NCBI GenBank assembly: GCA_964036045.1
Contig: OZ038378.1
Coordinates: 168,392,001 to 168,456,000 of the forward strand
DNA: 64,000 nucleotides
Direction: 5' to 3'
From: Eutreptiella sp. 'Long Island Sound 2002'
Taxonomy: Eukaryota; Protista; Euglenida
Part shown: piece after piece, positions 11,752 to 23,550 of the stretch
Position numbering within the stretch: position 1 is the first letter of the stretch
Layout: every line of letters begins with the position of its first letter
Notes under the pieces: model-generated
Databases searched by the model: none
What the model was told of the DNA's origin: nothing
Seen by the model: only the letters and a program-made list of their open reading frames with translations
Position numbers and translations under genes: made by a program

Positions 11752-12345
11752 CCGATACACATTTTGCAAAAAAAAATTCTCTTCAGGGGACCAAAATTGC
11801 GCCAATTGGGGTCACGAGTGCCAAATTGGCATTCATCAGCACGAGAAATCCCTGAAACAAAAAGATGGTCCAAAGGGGGGCCTTGCCGTAGCCTACTGCA
11901 TGAGGGCTTAAAAGCGGAGGCAAGTCCCCACCCCCCCCATCACCATGGCGATAGTGGCTCCGAAGCCTTTTGACCCTCGCCGAAGGATGGTGCAACAACA
12001 AGTGGCAAGAGCATTAGGCAGGTGTTGCTACTTTACAGTCCGTTCCTTCTTTCACAACAAGCCATCATACCACAAAAATCACCCAAACGTGGCTTGGGAA
12101 AATGCTGCATCTCGCGTGTTGTTGGGCGCTAAGCATTGTGCAGTAATAAAAAATTGGCGACGATGCACATTTTGCAAAACTATCCGTGTCAAAAGAAACA
12201 AAATGTGCCAATAAGGGTGGCTAGTGCCAAATTGGCATTCGTTGACATGGGAAGTCTCCGAAACAAAAAGACAGTTCCCGGGGGGTTTTGCTGTTGCCTG
12301 AGGCGTGGAGGCGTGGGGGCGTGAAAGCGGAGGCAAACCCCCCTG
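11752..12345 (+). repeat. Two diverged direct copies (~180 bp; 11752-11930 and 12161-12345), each containing the hairpin TGCCAAATTGGCA
   Basis: Shared CACATTTTGCAAAA...AGTGCCAAATTGGCATTC...GAAACAAAAAGA...AAAGCGGAGGCAA. Confidence 0.7.
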
Positions 12346-14465
12346 TGTGACATTTAAGGTTTGGAATCGGATCTTTTTCACCAATTTTTGTCAGTTTTCT
12401 GTTTGAAAATAAGAGATAATGCCAATTATTTCTTTCCAAAGATTCAATTCCATTACACTTTGTGAAAATTTGGTCATCGCGGGTGTTGCCGCATAGGCAG
12501 TTTTCAAACTTTCGTTTCCACAATTTCTCGAATTTCAAGATGATTTAGAAGATAAATTTGGGTATTCTCTCATTTGTGTCAGAAACCATCCTTTTTTTGG
12601 TATGGCGGTTTCTCCCGCCGGAGTTCACACGTGCAGCTCATGCAATGTTTGGGTGTTGTTCGTGGTGACTCAGCGATAAACCTGAGCAGATCCACTCCCA
12701 ACTCTATGTACACACAGAGATGATACACACAGGGTTACCCGTGGGGGGTGGCAAACAGGTCAGGTCATTGCTCATGTTGTGTTTCTTTTACTGGGGGGGT
12801 GGGGGGCCGGTGGTGGTGTGTTTCCTGGTGTGGGGTTTGTGTCTCCTGGCTGGGCTGAGGTGAAGGGAAAAGTTGTGGGTGTTCTGGTGTGAAGAAGAAA
12901 AGAAAAACCAACAGATGGGTGCACCTCTCGTGGCTAGGCATACACACAGGCGAAAAGTAAAAGTCCAAACGAGCAATCTCGTGTGCCTATTTGGCTGCGC
13001 CAGTTCCAACCCTGAGGAGTGGACCTGCCTTTTGCCTTACGATTAAAGGAATGTAGGATAAAAATCGTTCAGCCAGAGTGTAGTGATATCCCATTGATGA
13101 TGATCAGAGTTGCCTGTGAGATTGAGGGTGCAGTACTGTGGGAGGGAGGGTCAGGGTCCGTCAGGGGTGAAAGGGGGGTGATACGACGATTGTGTTTTGG
13201 TTTCTTCACCTTTTGCGAGACCTGGGTGCGGATTGCATTGGGTGTGATGTATCGATGTGGTCTTTTGCGAGGTGGTGGTGCGTGAGAGGTGCCGCAGTGT
13301 TTTGTGCTCCAGGAATTTGCACCAGATCGTGTGTGCATAAATGGGCCTGGTGGGTTATTGTGAAGCCACGAATGGATTGACGAATGCAGTCAGTGGTGGA
13401 TTTGGATCTGTGTTGCACTGTTTCATGCCATTCATCAGGCGACGGGTGTGATAGGGGTGTGGGAAGGTGGTGGTGCTTGAGGTGGTGGAGGAGAGAGGCG
13501 GGATCAGTGTGCGCAAGAAAGGAGTCTTCTGAGCTGGAAGAGTTTTGTGTGTGAAGTAAGAAAAAGTGTATTTCAATAAGATAGCTTTAGTTGTATTAAG
13601 GACATCTCGAGGCATACCACATTTTTATCTTAGTATTTGTCACCACCAAAATTAGGATAATGCATTTTGACCTATAAAACCAAACACTAATCATAGGAGG
13701 TTGTGAGCACCCCTGCCCCCCAACTATGTTAATGTTACTACAGGGTCCTGAGGGATATCCTGGTGCACTGAGGGCACTGACATACTGGTTCAGAGCCCAT
13801 AGATTTATCTCTATTTTTTTATGACTGACTACTTATCCTAGGGGTATGCACCCTAGGGGCTGGGGCACCTCTTTTTGAGAGGTCTGGGTTCATTTCCAGT
13901 CAGCCTAGCTAGGTAGAAAGATCCCAGGTGACATGGCAATGACCTCAATGCCACAAGCCATGCTACCTTAGCACCATTGGGACATAAAACTAAGGTTTCA
14001 CATCTCAATTGGACCCTACCTCAGAGAGGGTGCCCATGAGGGCAGTTTTCGATTCTTTTCTTGATTTTTTTTAACTTTCTTTTGGTTGCTGCAGTCAGAA
14101 CTAGATCTATTGTTGTTCTTATCCAACTTTGTAAATCATCTATCCTCTTAGCACTGAAGCCCTTCACATTCGGAGTATTGTGACCCTAAATTGCCCTACT
14201 TGGACTGTGGGTGTATCTGTATTTTCTTGGGTTTTACAAAACAATTGGTTTCACCAAACTATCAAAATGTGGGAAACTGCAGGCAAGCAGCAAGAAACAA
14301 GCAGTGGTCAAGGACACACAAGAACATCATCAAGACTAATTTGAATTCAATAATTCTTTCGGGTAACAGAGACAACAGTCCTCTGCGGTCCTGTGCAACC
14401 CCGTGCAGTACAATCATACCGTCGCGGAGTAAGATATATACTCCTTGAAGGGCGGAGAAAAAGCT

Positions 14466-15048
14466 ATGGACACCGAGGACGTTGTACAAACAACAGTGCC
14501 AGGAACAGCAGCAGCCAAGCCGGCGCTGAAGCCAGCGCTCATGGTGCCCTAAGAGAATCCAGATGAGCGCGTTGTTGGTGAAGTTGTACTTGAACGTGAA
14601 CCTGTACTTACAGTGCTGTTAAGTGGCACTGGAGAGAAAGACAAGTCACTGGACTGGAGGGGCTTGGGTGCTGCTTTCCAAAGGTTGAGTGTCCCCACAC
14701 CTGAAGGCAAAAACAAAGGGAAAGCTGGAGAAGGAGGAGATCACGAAGGAGCACACGACCATGAACGCGAGACTGCCTTCGCTACGAAGCACTCCTCTCC
14801 AGCGACAATTCCTGAAGCTACTGGACCCACGGCCGATAGCGCCATGGACACGCCAGGACTCCGTACACACCCAACTACCCATCAACCCGTCAAAGGGTAC
14901 TGCAGCACCTACGGCAGTGGTTCCACACCAATGCAATATGCCACGGCTTCCTCTACACATCATGGCACCTGCCTACCGCACACTCTTGCGACGCCACGTG
15001 CGCGACATGGTGCGAAGATATAGGGGTCATCAAGCAGATGTGTCATGA
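14466..15048 (+). pseudogene. Possible decayed ORF of unknown (probably TE) origin
   Basis: Protein-like stretches interrupted by a stop and a frame change. No recognisable domain. Confidence 0.2.
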
Positions 15049-15198
15049 AGGCCCCTCTAGGGTTGCCCCGCCCGCCCGTGATGCTATGAGGTTCCGTCCC
15101 ACAAACATGATTGTTCCCTTCCCCAGAGTCGCTGCACTTGCTACCCCCCCCCCCCCCCAAGCGGCAAATAGGGTACACAGTTTCAGTCTGGCACCACT

Positions 15199-16790
15199 TG
15201 CAGTGCTACCGCCGCTGCACTGTGATGAGTCCTCCGGGATATTGTAGGTATAGGTCGGGCGACAGTTTCGCAGGAATACATGACGGTGTATCATTTCATG
15301 ACGGTGTTTCATCTCTTGTCACTGTCTAATTCTCGAATTCACTGTCGCAGCAAAAGGCGCCTGTGGATTTCCACTGATGAGCTCTCTTTTGTGCACGCAT
15401 ATCAACTTTGCTTGCGCTCATTGGGATCACCGCATAGCGTTCGGTGCCCCGCCCCGCCCGCCCGCCCGCCTTGCCCCGCCTGCCCGCCGCGCCCCGCCCC
15501 GCCCCGCCCGCCTACCCCGCCCCAGCAGCCCTGCCCTGCCCCGCCCCGCCCGCCCCGCCCCGCCCCGCCCCGCCCGCCCAGCCCGCCCGTCCCGCCCCGC
15601 CCGCCCCGCCCGCCCCGCCCCGCCCGCCCGCCCCGCGCCGCCCCGCCCGACCGCCCCGCCCGCCACCTGGAGGGCTACCGCCGCTGCACTGTGATGACTG
15701 CTCCGCCATATCCTAGATATAGGTCGGGCGACAATTACGCAAGAATACATGAGGGTGTCCCTTTCATCTCTTGTCACTGTCACATTCTCGCTTTGGCTGT
15801 CGAAGCGAAAGGCGCCTATGGATTTCCACTAATGACCTCTCTTTTGCTGTGCACGCTTATCAACTTTGCTGTCGCTCATTGATATCACCACATAGCATTT
15901 GGTGCCCCGCCCGCCCGCCCTAGCCCCCCCGCACGCCCGCCCCGCCCCGCCCCGCCCCGCCCCGCCCGACCCACCCCGCCCGCCCCGACCCGCCCGCCCG
16001 CCCGCCCGCCCGCCCGCCCCGTGCTCCCGCCCCGCTCCGCCCACCAAGATTAGCACACATCAGTGACGCACGGTTTCACACAGACGTCAACATGCAGTGA
16101 ATTTTGCTTTTTTGTTCGTGAAGAGTCCGTGTCCTAGACCCTGTCCACAACCTAAGGCCCCGCCCGTGCTCCCGCCCCGCCCGCCTGCCCCCCTTGCCCC
16201 GCCCCGCCCGCCTCGTCCCGCCCGCCCCGCCCCGCTCACCCGCCCCGGCCCGCCCCCCCCCGCCCCGCCAGCCCCGCCCCCCCCCCCCGCCCCGCTCGCC
16301 CGCCCCGCCCCGCCTGCCCGCCTCGCCCTGCCCGCCCCCCCCCTCAGCCTGTCCACCCCGCCTGCGGGCCCCACCGCGCCCCGCCCGCCCCGCCCCACCC
16401 CGCCCGCCCCGCGCTCCCGCCCACCCACTCCAGCCCGCCCCCACCCCGCCCCGCCCGCCCGCCCGCCCCGCGCTCCCGCCCCGCTCCGCCCACCTGGATT
16501 AGCACGCATCAGTGCCGCACGGTTTCGCACAGACCTCAACATGCAGTGAATTTTGCTTTTCTGTTCGTGAAGAGTCCGTGTCCCAGACCCTGTCCACAAC
16601 CTAAGGCCCCGCCCGTGCTCCCGCCCCACCCGCCCGCCCCCCCCTGCCCCGCCCCGCCCGCCTCGTCCCGCCCGCCCCGCCCCGCTCACCCGCCCCGCTC
16701 ACCCGCCCCGGCCCGCCCCGCCCCGCTAGCCCCGCCCCCCCCCCCCCCCCCAGGCCCGCTCGCCCGCCCCGCCCCGCCCGCCCCCCTTTT
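15199..16790. repeat. Compound array: two unique spacers, each duplicated, separated by C-rich (CCCGCCCCG)n tracts
   Basis: Spacer X at ~15199-15444 and ~15674-15903 (diverged). Spacer Y at ~16040-16150 and ~16490-16610 (near-identical). C-rich tracts lie between them. Confidence 0.85.
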
Positions 16791-19002
16791 TCACCCTGAC
16801 CTGTGGCACACCCACTATGGATGGGCCGCCGCCGGGTCACCACCCCTGAGCGTGCCGGATGGTGGCAAAACCGATGCTGCCCGATTACTGTGAGAAAGTA
16901 GGGTGCCCAAGGGTACCCCGCCAAGCTGTTGGTACCCACGGTGTGAGGAGCAGGGAGCACGGGATGAGGTTGGGGTAGGTAGGAGCGGCACTTTGAAGGA
17001 AACCCACTGCTTTTGTAAAGCCAATTGCAGGAGGCTAAGGCAGTAAGGCACCAACACAAATGGATCGAATTAGCTATAGACAGGGATGTGTAGCGTGTCA
17101 CTCGAGTTGCCACACGCCCTGACCTTGAATCACACACAAAGCTTACACTTGTGTGCCACGAGCTGAGAGTACCAAGTGGTTTGTTGTCCAAGCACGTAGA
17201 TCAGGGGATGGATTGTGTGTTGCATACCTGGGTCTGAGGGTGCTCCAAATAGGCATGATTTGAGAAACTGCCGTCCGAGTGTGACAAGTAAGGATGCGAG
17301 TGTGCATGCCGAATCAGTACCTACCTACTAGGGTGTATCCGGTTCACTCATCTGGCTTTGTCTTCGTTTGGAGGCGTGGCCGCTGCCAGGCGGCATACTT
17401 TGTGGCATCGTTAGCAGAAAACAGTGTCCCTTCTCTTTGTGAGGGGTAGGCCCGATTTAAAGATGCTATATGATTCGGGCGGAGCACCCGTAATGTAACA
17501 TAGCAACCAGTGGATTCACCTTTGCAGCCGCCGGACTATGCTTACTGGAAACAAAAATATCGAACTGCTTGAGTGATAACCGACTGAGGATACCAATGTG
17601 ATTCTGCCCCTAGTGGTTCCGCTGGAGGTTATTGGTACCACGGGCATAGCATTGCGGATAACACCCTAGCTTGGCGCTCCATAGTCGGGGCTTTGATCAC
17701 CATAGACTTCAAGTGAATGGTTGGGAGTGCAACAAAAGTTCTCAAGTATGATCCTGGAGTCTAGTGTCTCTGAGATGTGACAATGTCAAACCCCCACATG
17801 GCAAGTATGTTGGGTGCGGTTTGTGCATCTCATATCTGCCAGTTAGTGAACACCGTCTAGTACAGCATGCGTTGTCACGCCAAAAAGGCAGTTTATCATC
17901 AAACCGAGAAAAAGTACAGAGCCTGTATCCAGTGGACCACCGACTCATCAGGAGAAGGGTCATTCAGACCCAGTCATTCTTGCTGACGAGCCCACGGGGG
18001 CAAAAGCATACACATCGGAATCGAGCAAAAATTAGGCGAGGCAACTTGAGGTCCTTGACTTGTGGTGTGAGTTGCCAAGGGGCAAAAAGTGCACTGATTA
18101 TAATAGACTAGCAACCCAAGGGGGCAAAAGCGAAATCAACTCACTCAAGCAAAAAATGCATGCATATTGACTTAGGGAAGAGAAGAAGAGGAGGTGATCG
18201 TGGGGGCATTTGCGTTGCTCTACCTCGTGCATGCTCGGTAAGATGAATGTCTAGACGACTGCAACTGCCCCACAAAAATGGCCCCCCTCCAGACTTCGAA
18301 AGTGAAGCAAAAAAACAATAACCCCAAGCCCATGAATCATATTTGAACTCTCCATTTACATCTAAACATTTTGGGTACAATCACATTGTGACAAGAAAAT
18401 GTGTGCCCCCGTCGGAAGAAGTCAAAAAAAGGTTTCTATTGCTTTTCGCAGGGCACCTTGAAGAGATTGAAAGCAAAACACCACTCACCACCATGCAGCC
18501 TCTAGGACACTTTACCACGACTCACAAAACACGCTACAAAATTGGCGCACTTGGGAATAGTGCAGACACAACGGTATAGGTGGTTTTTCAAATAAGTTCA
18601 GATTCAACATTGGCCATTTTGGAATGATGCATCGACATTGTCCAATAAAGGTCATGACACTCTCACATCACAACTCACTTTCACACCAAACAGACTTCAA
18701 AACAGGTCTACATTACACTATTGCAGGCACAACAACAGGTGGTTATTGGTATTTGCTCAGATTCAGCATTTCCCATTTTGGGACCATCCATCATCAACGG
18801 CCATCATCCCATGCTCGTTGCCCTTTGCCCTTTGCTGCCATGTGCACTTCGCCACCATTGATTTTGCCGTCCTGTGTGCCCTTTGGTGCTATTGATTTTG
18901 CATTCCCATGTACTTGTTGCTGCATTGTTTGTGCAGTTCTGTGCTCTGCAAGGCAGGCAATACTGGGAAGTTGCATTGCACGCCACCTCCTATCTCTGCC
19001 AG

Positions 19003-19702
19003 AGCCAGGCTGACCCAGGCATCCCGATGGCTGGCCGTGTCCATGGCCCTGTGTGCCGCAGTGCACGCCGCAGCCTGCGCCAGGCTGCTGCTTGGCCAGC
19101 AGATCGCAACGGGTGTGCTGTTCGGCTGCCAGAGCCTGGGTTGCCTCGCATTCGTTGTTTACCACGTCTGGCTGGTATTCTGTTCATGCAGCCCTCAACC
19201 GAGCACGGTGGCCGGTGGTACGCCGCCGGGAGGAAAGGATGTGACGCCCCAGTCGCCCCAGTCGCCCCAGTCGCCCCAGCAGACCTCCATGTCTCTCGAT
19301 GTCAGCAAAATGCAGAGCTCGTTTCCAGTCGAGCGCTCTGCCAGCGCAATTACGGGCTTCGACGAGCCCCACGCCCACCACCGCTGGGCATGGCTGCTGC
19401 TCCTCGCTGTCGGGCCCGCCGACCTGTTGTGGGCTTGGCATGGCGCGCGGTCGTTCTGGTTCCTCGTGCTCGTCCCGTCGCTCCCCAAAGACTTGTGCGG
19501 CCCCATAGCTGTGCTCGCCGTGGGCCTGGTCGTGTGCAGCGCGCTGCTGTGCGCGTCGCACGCGCTCAACCTGCCCGGCGGCGCCGGGTGGGCGGGGCTG
19601 TTCCCCGTGGTGGTGTTCGACACGAGCTGCGCGCTGCTGCCAAGCCTGCTGCTGCTGGTGCAGCTCGTCTCCGCTCACTTCGAAGGCAAGCGCCGTTGTC
19701 AG
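19003..19702 (+). CDS. Kinase gene exon 1 (or first visible exon): multi-pass transmembrane region with a QSP-repeat loop
   Basis: Acceptor ctctgccAG at 19001-02 and an in-frame ATG at 19043. Several hydrophobic segments. Donor GTtcct at 19703, phase 0. Upstream exons cannot be excluded. Confidence 0.75.
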
Positions 19703-20850
19703 GTTCCTGGGGAGCTACGTGGGTGTCAGGAAAATTGCTCCAGGGTCAAACTGTGCCTTGGGAATTGCCAGAAATCGCCTGCAATTACCAGCATCTCAAA
19801 AAGGGACCAGGTTGAGGGCGGCACAAATGATGCTTCCTGTCGTACTGACGGACTCAGGGCTGGAAATGTCTGATTGCGGGGACATTCAGTCAGTCTTCAG
19901 CAACCAGTAAGCCCAGGTCCAGGGTTGCGATTACACAATCTACTGGTGCCCCCCCCACGGTACCTGCTCCTCGCAGCACACTCACACTGTGGGGTACGGG
20001 CCGTATCATACAACGTGGACACATGATTCCGAGGTTGTTCCCGAGTACCTTCGCAAACTCGAAATCTGTTCCATCTCCTTCGAATAGTCCAACACTTCGA
20101 CAGTCAGTCACAGAAAAATCAGGGTCTCATACCCCTCCACCCCACCTCTGGGCATGGGTTGTCCCTGAGCATCCCGCTGGGGCAGCAAGGGAACGACACC
20201 TCAATTTGTTTTGGTGGGTGGTGGATTTGAAGAGTGTCTGGTGTTTGTTGTGGTTACCAGTCTTGGTGTTGGTGCATTGTGCGCATACCATCAACGCAGG
20301 CATGGCACTCCATTACCTCGTGTATACATGCTCTCTGCCAGGGACGTTGGTTGACATGTACCCCACGGCACCCGGGTGTGCGGTACGGCCAGGGAGGTGT
20401 TGTGGCCTTTGCTGTGAGGGTCTTCGTGTGTGCCACGTGCCTTTGGGCATCCCTTGAAGGACGGAGGGACCGAACGGACCGGTCGACCACTGTCCAAGGG
20501 GGGCATTGGGGGCTACTGCAACCAACCCCCTGCAGTCTCGGCCTGGAAATAGGATTTGCCCACATTGTCACGGGCTAACCCAAATACACACCGAGGAGTA
20601 CTCCAATCGCTGGGTGTTGATTGGCTTCGCCTGCCATGATGCTGCTTCCAGATTTGATGCCGACTGGAACCACTTCACGACTGGAGTAGATCCAAAGAAC
20701 CCGGGATCTCAGGATCCCAAGTCCCCGCGTTGACCGGCCCTAGTGTGTGATGCGACGTTGTATGTGCAATGCTTCGCACATGGAAGTGGGCCAAAGGCAT
20801 CCTGCCCTAACCCAACCCCGCACTGAAACCCCCCTCCCACCCTCCACCAG

Positions 20851-21279
20851 ACCCGGAGTTCCTCTTTCGCCACCACCTACATCAACAACAGCAACGGCAC
20901 CCTCGCTCTGCACTCCAAAAGCCTCTTTAACAAGCGGTTCCGCCGCTCGCAGAACAAGCCGCTGGGGTACAGTGTTGCGCGTGTGCTCGCCACCGGCGGC
21001 TTCTCTGAGGTGTTCCTCGGCCTGAGCCAGGACACCGGCGAGCTCATCTGCGTCAAGCAGCTGCTGGCCTCCTTCCGCGAGAGCGACATTGCCCTGATGG
21101 AGTCGGAGGTCAACGTGCTGCGGGACCTGAACCACCCCAACATCGTTCAGTACTTCGGCACTGACCGTCAGCACCGCTTCACGATCCTCCTGGAGTTCGT
21201 GCCTGGGGGTTCCCTCGCTGACTTACTAGCGCAGTTCGGCGCCCTGAACGAGCAGTTGATCGTGCTTTACCTGCGGCAG
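20851..21279 (+). CDS. Kinase gene exon 2: STE11/NPK1-like kinase subdomains I-V
   Basis: Pyrimidine tract plus AG at 20849-50. Reads VLATGGFSEVFLG, LICVKQL, MESEVNVLRDLNHPNIVQYFG, ILLEFVPGGSL. Donor GT at 21280. Confidence 0.92.
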
Positions 21280-23550
21280 GTGCCCCCCCCCCCCCCCCCC
21301 AGCCCCTGCTCCTGAAAGCATGGCACAGTGCGCACAAGCGAAGCATACACAAAGAGCCCGATAGCAACAGAGGCGCGACCAGCCACAGAGGGAGGGTTAA
21401 CGCGCAAGTGGGACCCCTAAGAAGGCACAGGTTATGTAGCCAATCTGCCCATTTTGGGGCCCCCAAGAAGGCAGGAGTTAGGTAGCTTGGTCCGATTTTG
21501 TCCCTGCGGGTGCTAGGGCGCCAACCTGGCAGCCTATGGGGACCACGTTCTTCCAGTTAGGTTAGTACAATCAAAAGCAGCCTCAAGGCACGCCCCTGTA
21601 TTGCGACGGCAGCCTCCAAGCGGTGGAAATTGCGGGCTCTGAGGACCAAGCCGCGGGAGCTGCGGTGACAAAAGGACCCCTGTGCATTCTGGCCCGCGTC
21701 GTGGGTCCGCAGCAGTCATATTGAGCCGAAATGTACGGCACGGCCATCGGGACGGCGATAGCATCCAACGGCGAAAAGCAGTACATTGACAGCATCGACT
21801 TGCTTCAACATCGCGGTGCGGGTAACTTGATGACGGACATGTGCTCGCTCACAAGGCGTGTGCTAGACATACTCTATGTACACGAGGCACGGACCACACC
21901 TCTAGAAAAGGAAGACTACAAACACCACAAGTGTGAGAGTACGTTGCTCGCCGGGCGCGCCGGGCAAACTTTTCTCTTATCTTCCCCCATTTCCTCCCGT
22001 TTTCTGCATTTTTTGTCCCCGTGTTGGGGACACGTTGTTGTTTGAAAATGGATATTTTGATGCTTCCTTCACATTGGGGATATCATATATTTGGATTTTC
22101 ACACGTTTTCACTTGTTTTCACATATTTTTGTTCATTTCTACCACAACTACTCCCTTCTAGGTTGATTTCTCCCCACCATGGGGGACCCCGAGAAGGCAG
22201 GGGTGGCTGCATAACCCCTGCTATCTCTGGGTCACCGGAGTAGCGCTGAATCAAAAAGGCTCCTGGATCTTTTTAATTTCTTTGCGCTCTGGGGACCATC
22301 ACATGGTAGAGGGTATGTACTCCATTTGATTCCTTTCAACTTTGGGGGCGCTGGGACCGCAGGGGTTATGCAGCCTTTTTGATTCTTCCCCTTTGAGGGG
22401 ACCCTGAGACGGCAAGGGTTATGTCACTGCCAGTTAGCAGCCGAACAATCCTGTGCGGACGTTGCCTTCAGGTATTCTATGCCACCAAACGGGCTACAGT
22501 TTTCTGTCTTTCGCCCCCATTCAAAAGCAGTCGTGATCTAGGCTACCCACCGCGATGATGCTGCCCCCCCCCCCCCCCCCACGCCCTCTCGCTCCCTCAG
22601 GCATCTCCAAACAGGTACACACAGTTTTGGTCGCTTGATGGCAAGCAGTACCGCATGCTGCGACCACGGTGCCCCCTGCAATGCATCTGCATCTTTGGCA
22701 TTACTTAGGCAACACAACCATGTGAGTGCCTGAGCGGCATCTCACGCAACCTGGCACGGGAGACATGCTGTACTGGTTTCACCATAGCATTCCCCTTGTA
22801 GAGAAGACTAGGTGGCCGGCTGTTGTAAGACAGCATTGGATGGTCTACTATGTTACAGACCTACCCACCACGGCTGTCATCGCCTGGTTCATGTTGCGCT
22901 ACGGGGCTGGTGTGCATCGATATCTGGCCGGTTTCACTGCGCGCAAAAACGCTCCGCGGGCGTCTCAGCTTCGCACTTGGTGGTGCGTGTGGCATTTCTA
23001 CTTTCAGAGATGTGGACACATGGTGCACTCACACTACACGGACATACGTCGCCGAATGCCCAATGGCTGAAGCATGAGTGTTGTGTTGCTACTTTTGTTG
23101 GTGTTGCTTTTTTTGTCAGAGGAACCCGAAGGGCGCGAGTGGAATCGCTCTACCACCGCAGATGAACCGAGGCTGCCGGAGACCAGAAATGACCTGACAC
23201 CGGTACGCAAGGAGGAATACAACACCCCACCTAGGGCCTACACGACACAAATAGAGGGACGCCGGGCACAAGTTGAGGAGCAAGGCACTCTGTGAGAATG
23301 CAACTGCAGACGGAGCTAAGACCTCCAGAGCATGTGCATTAAGCAGAGCGACGCCCCCCCCCATCAACCGCCCGGTCGTCGAAAACCACGGGGGTTGCGC
23401 GCCTGGTCACCGGTGGTCACCCCGCCTCCCCCCCAAAAGCACGGTGGTCCATAGGGGGTGGTCGGGCCCGAGCCATGCCCCAGCCCAGACCACTGCAGGT
23501 GCACGTCCTGTAGACCCACCACCACCACCACCCTCTCGCTCCCTCGCCAG

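Noticed and set aside
3989-16790. Functional link between the CGGBP-like finger and the C/G-rich tracts
   Set aside because: The transposase is a pseudogene, and nothing in the sequence links the two beyond co-occurrence.
15377-16893. Pro/Arg/Gly-rich ORFs
   Set aside because: Low-complexity C-rich tracts are stop-free in most frames; there is no coding signature.
19691-20937. Euglenid-type non-conventional intron suggested by a CAAGCG repeat at both ends
   Set aside because: A conventional phase-0 GT-AG intron (19703-20850) with a pyrimidine tract gives a clean in-frame join.
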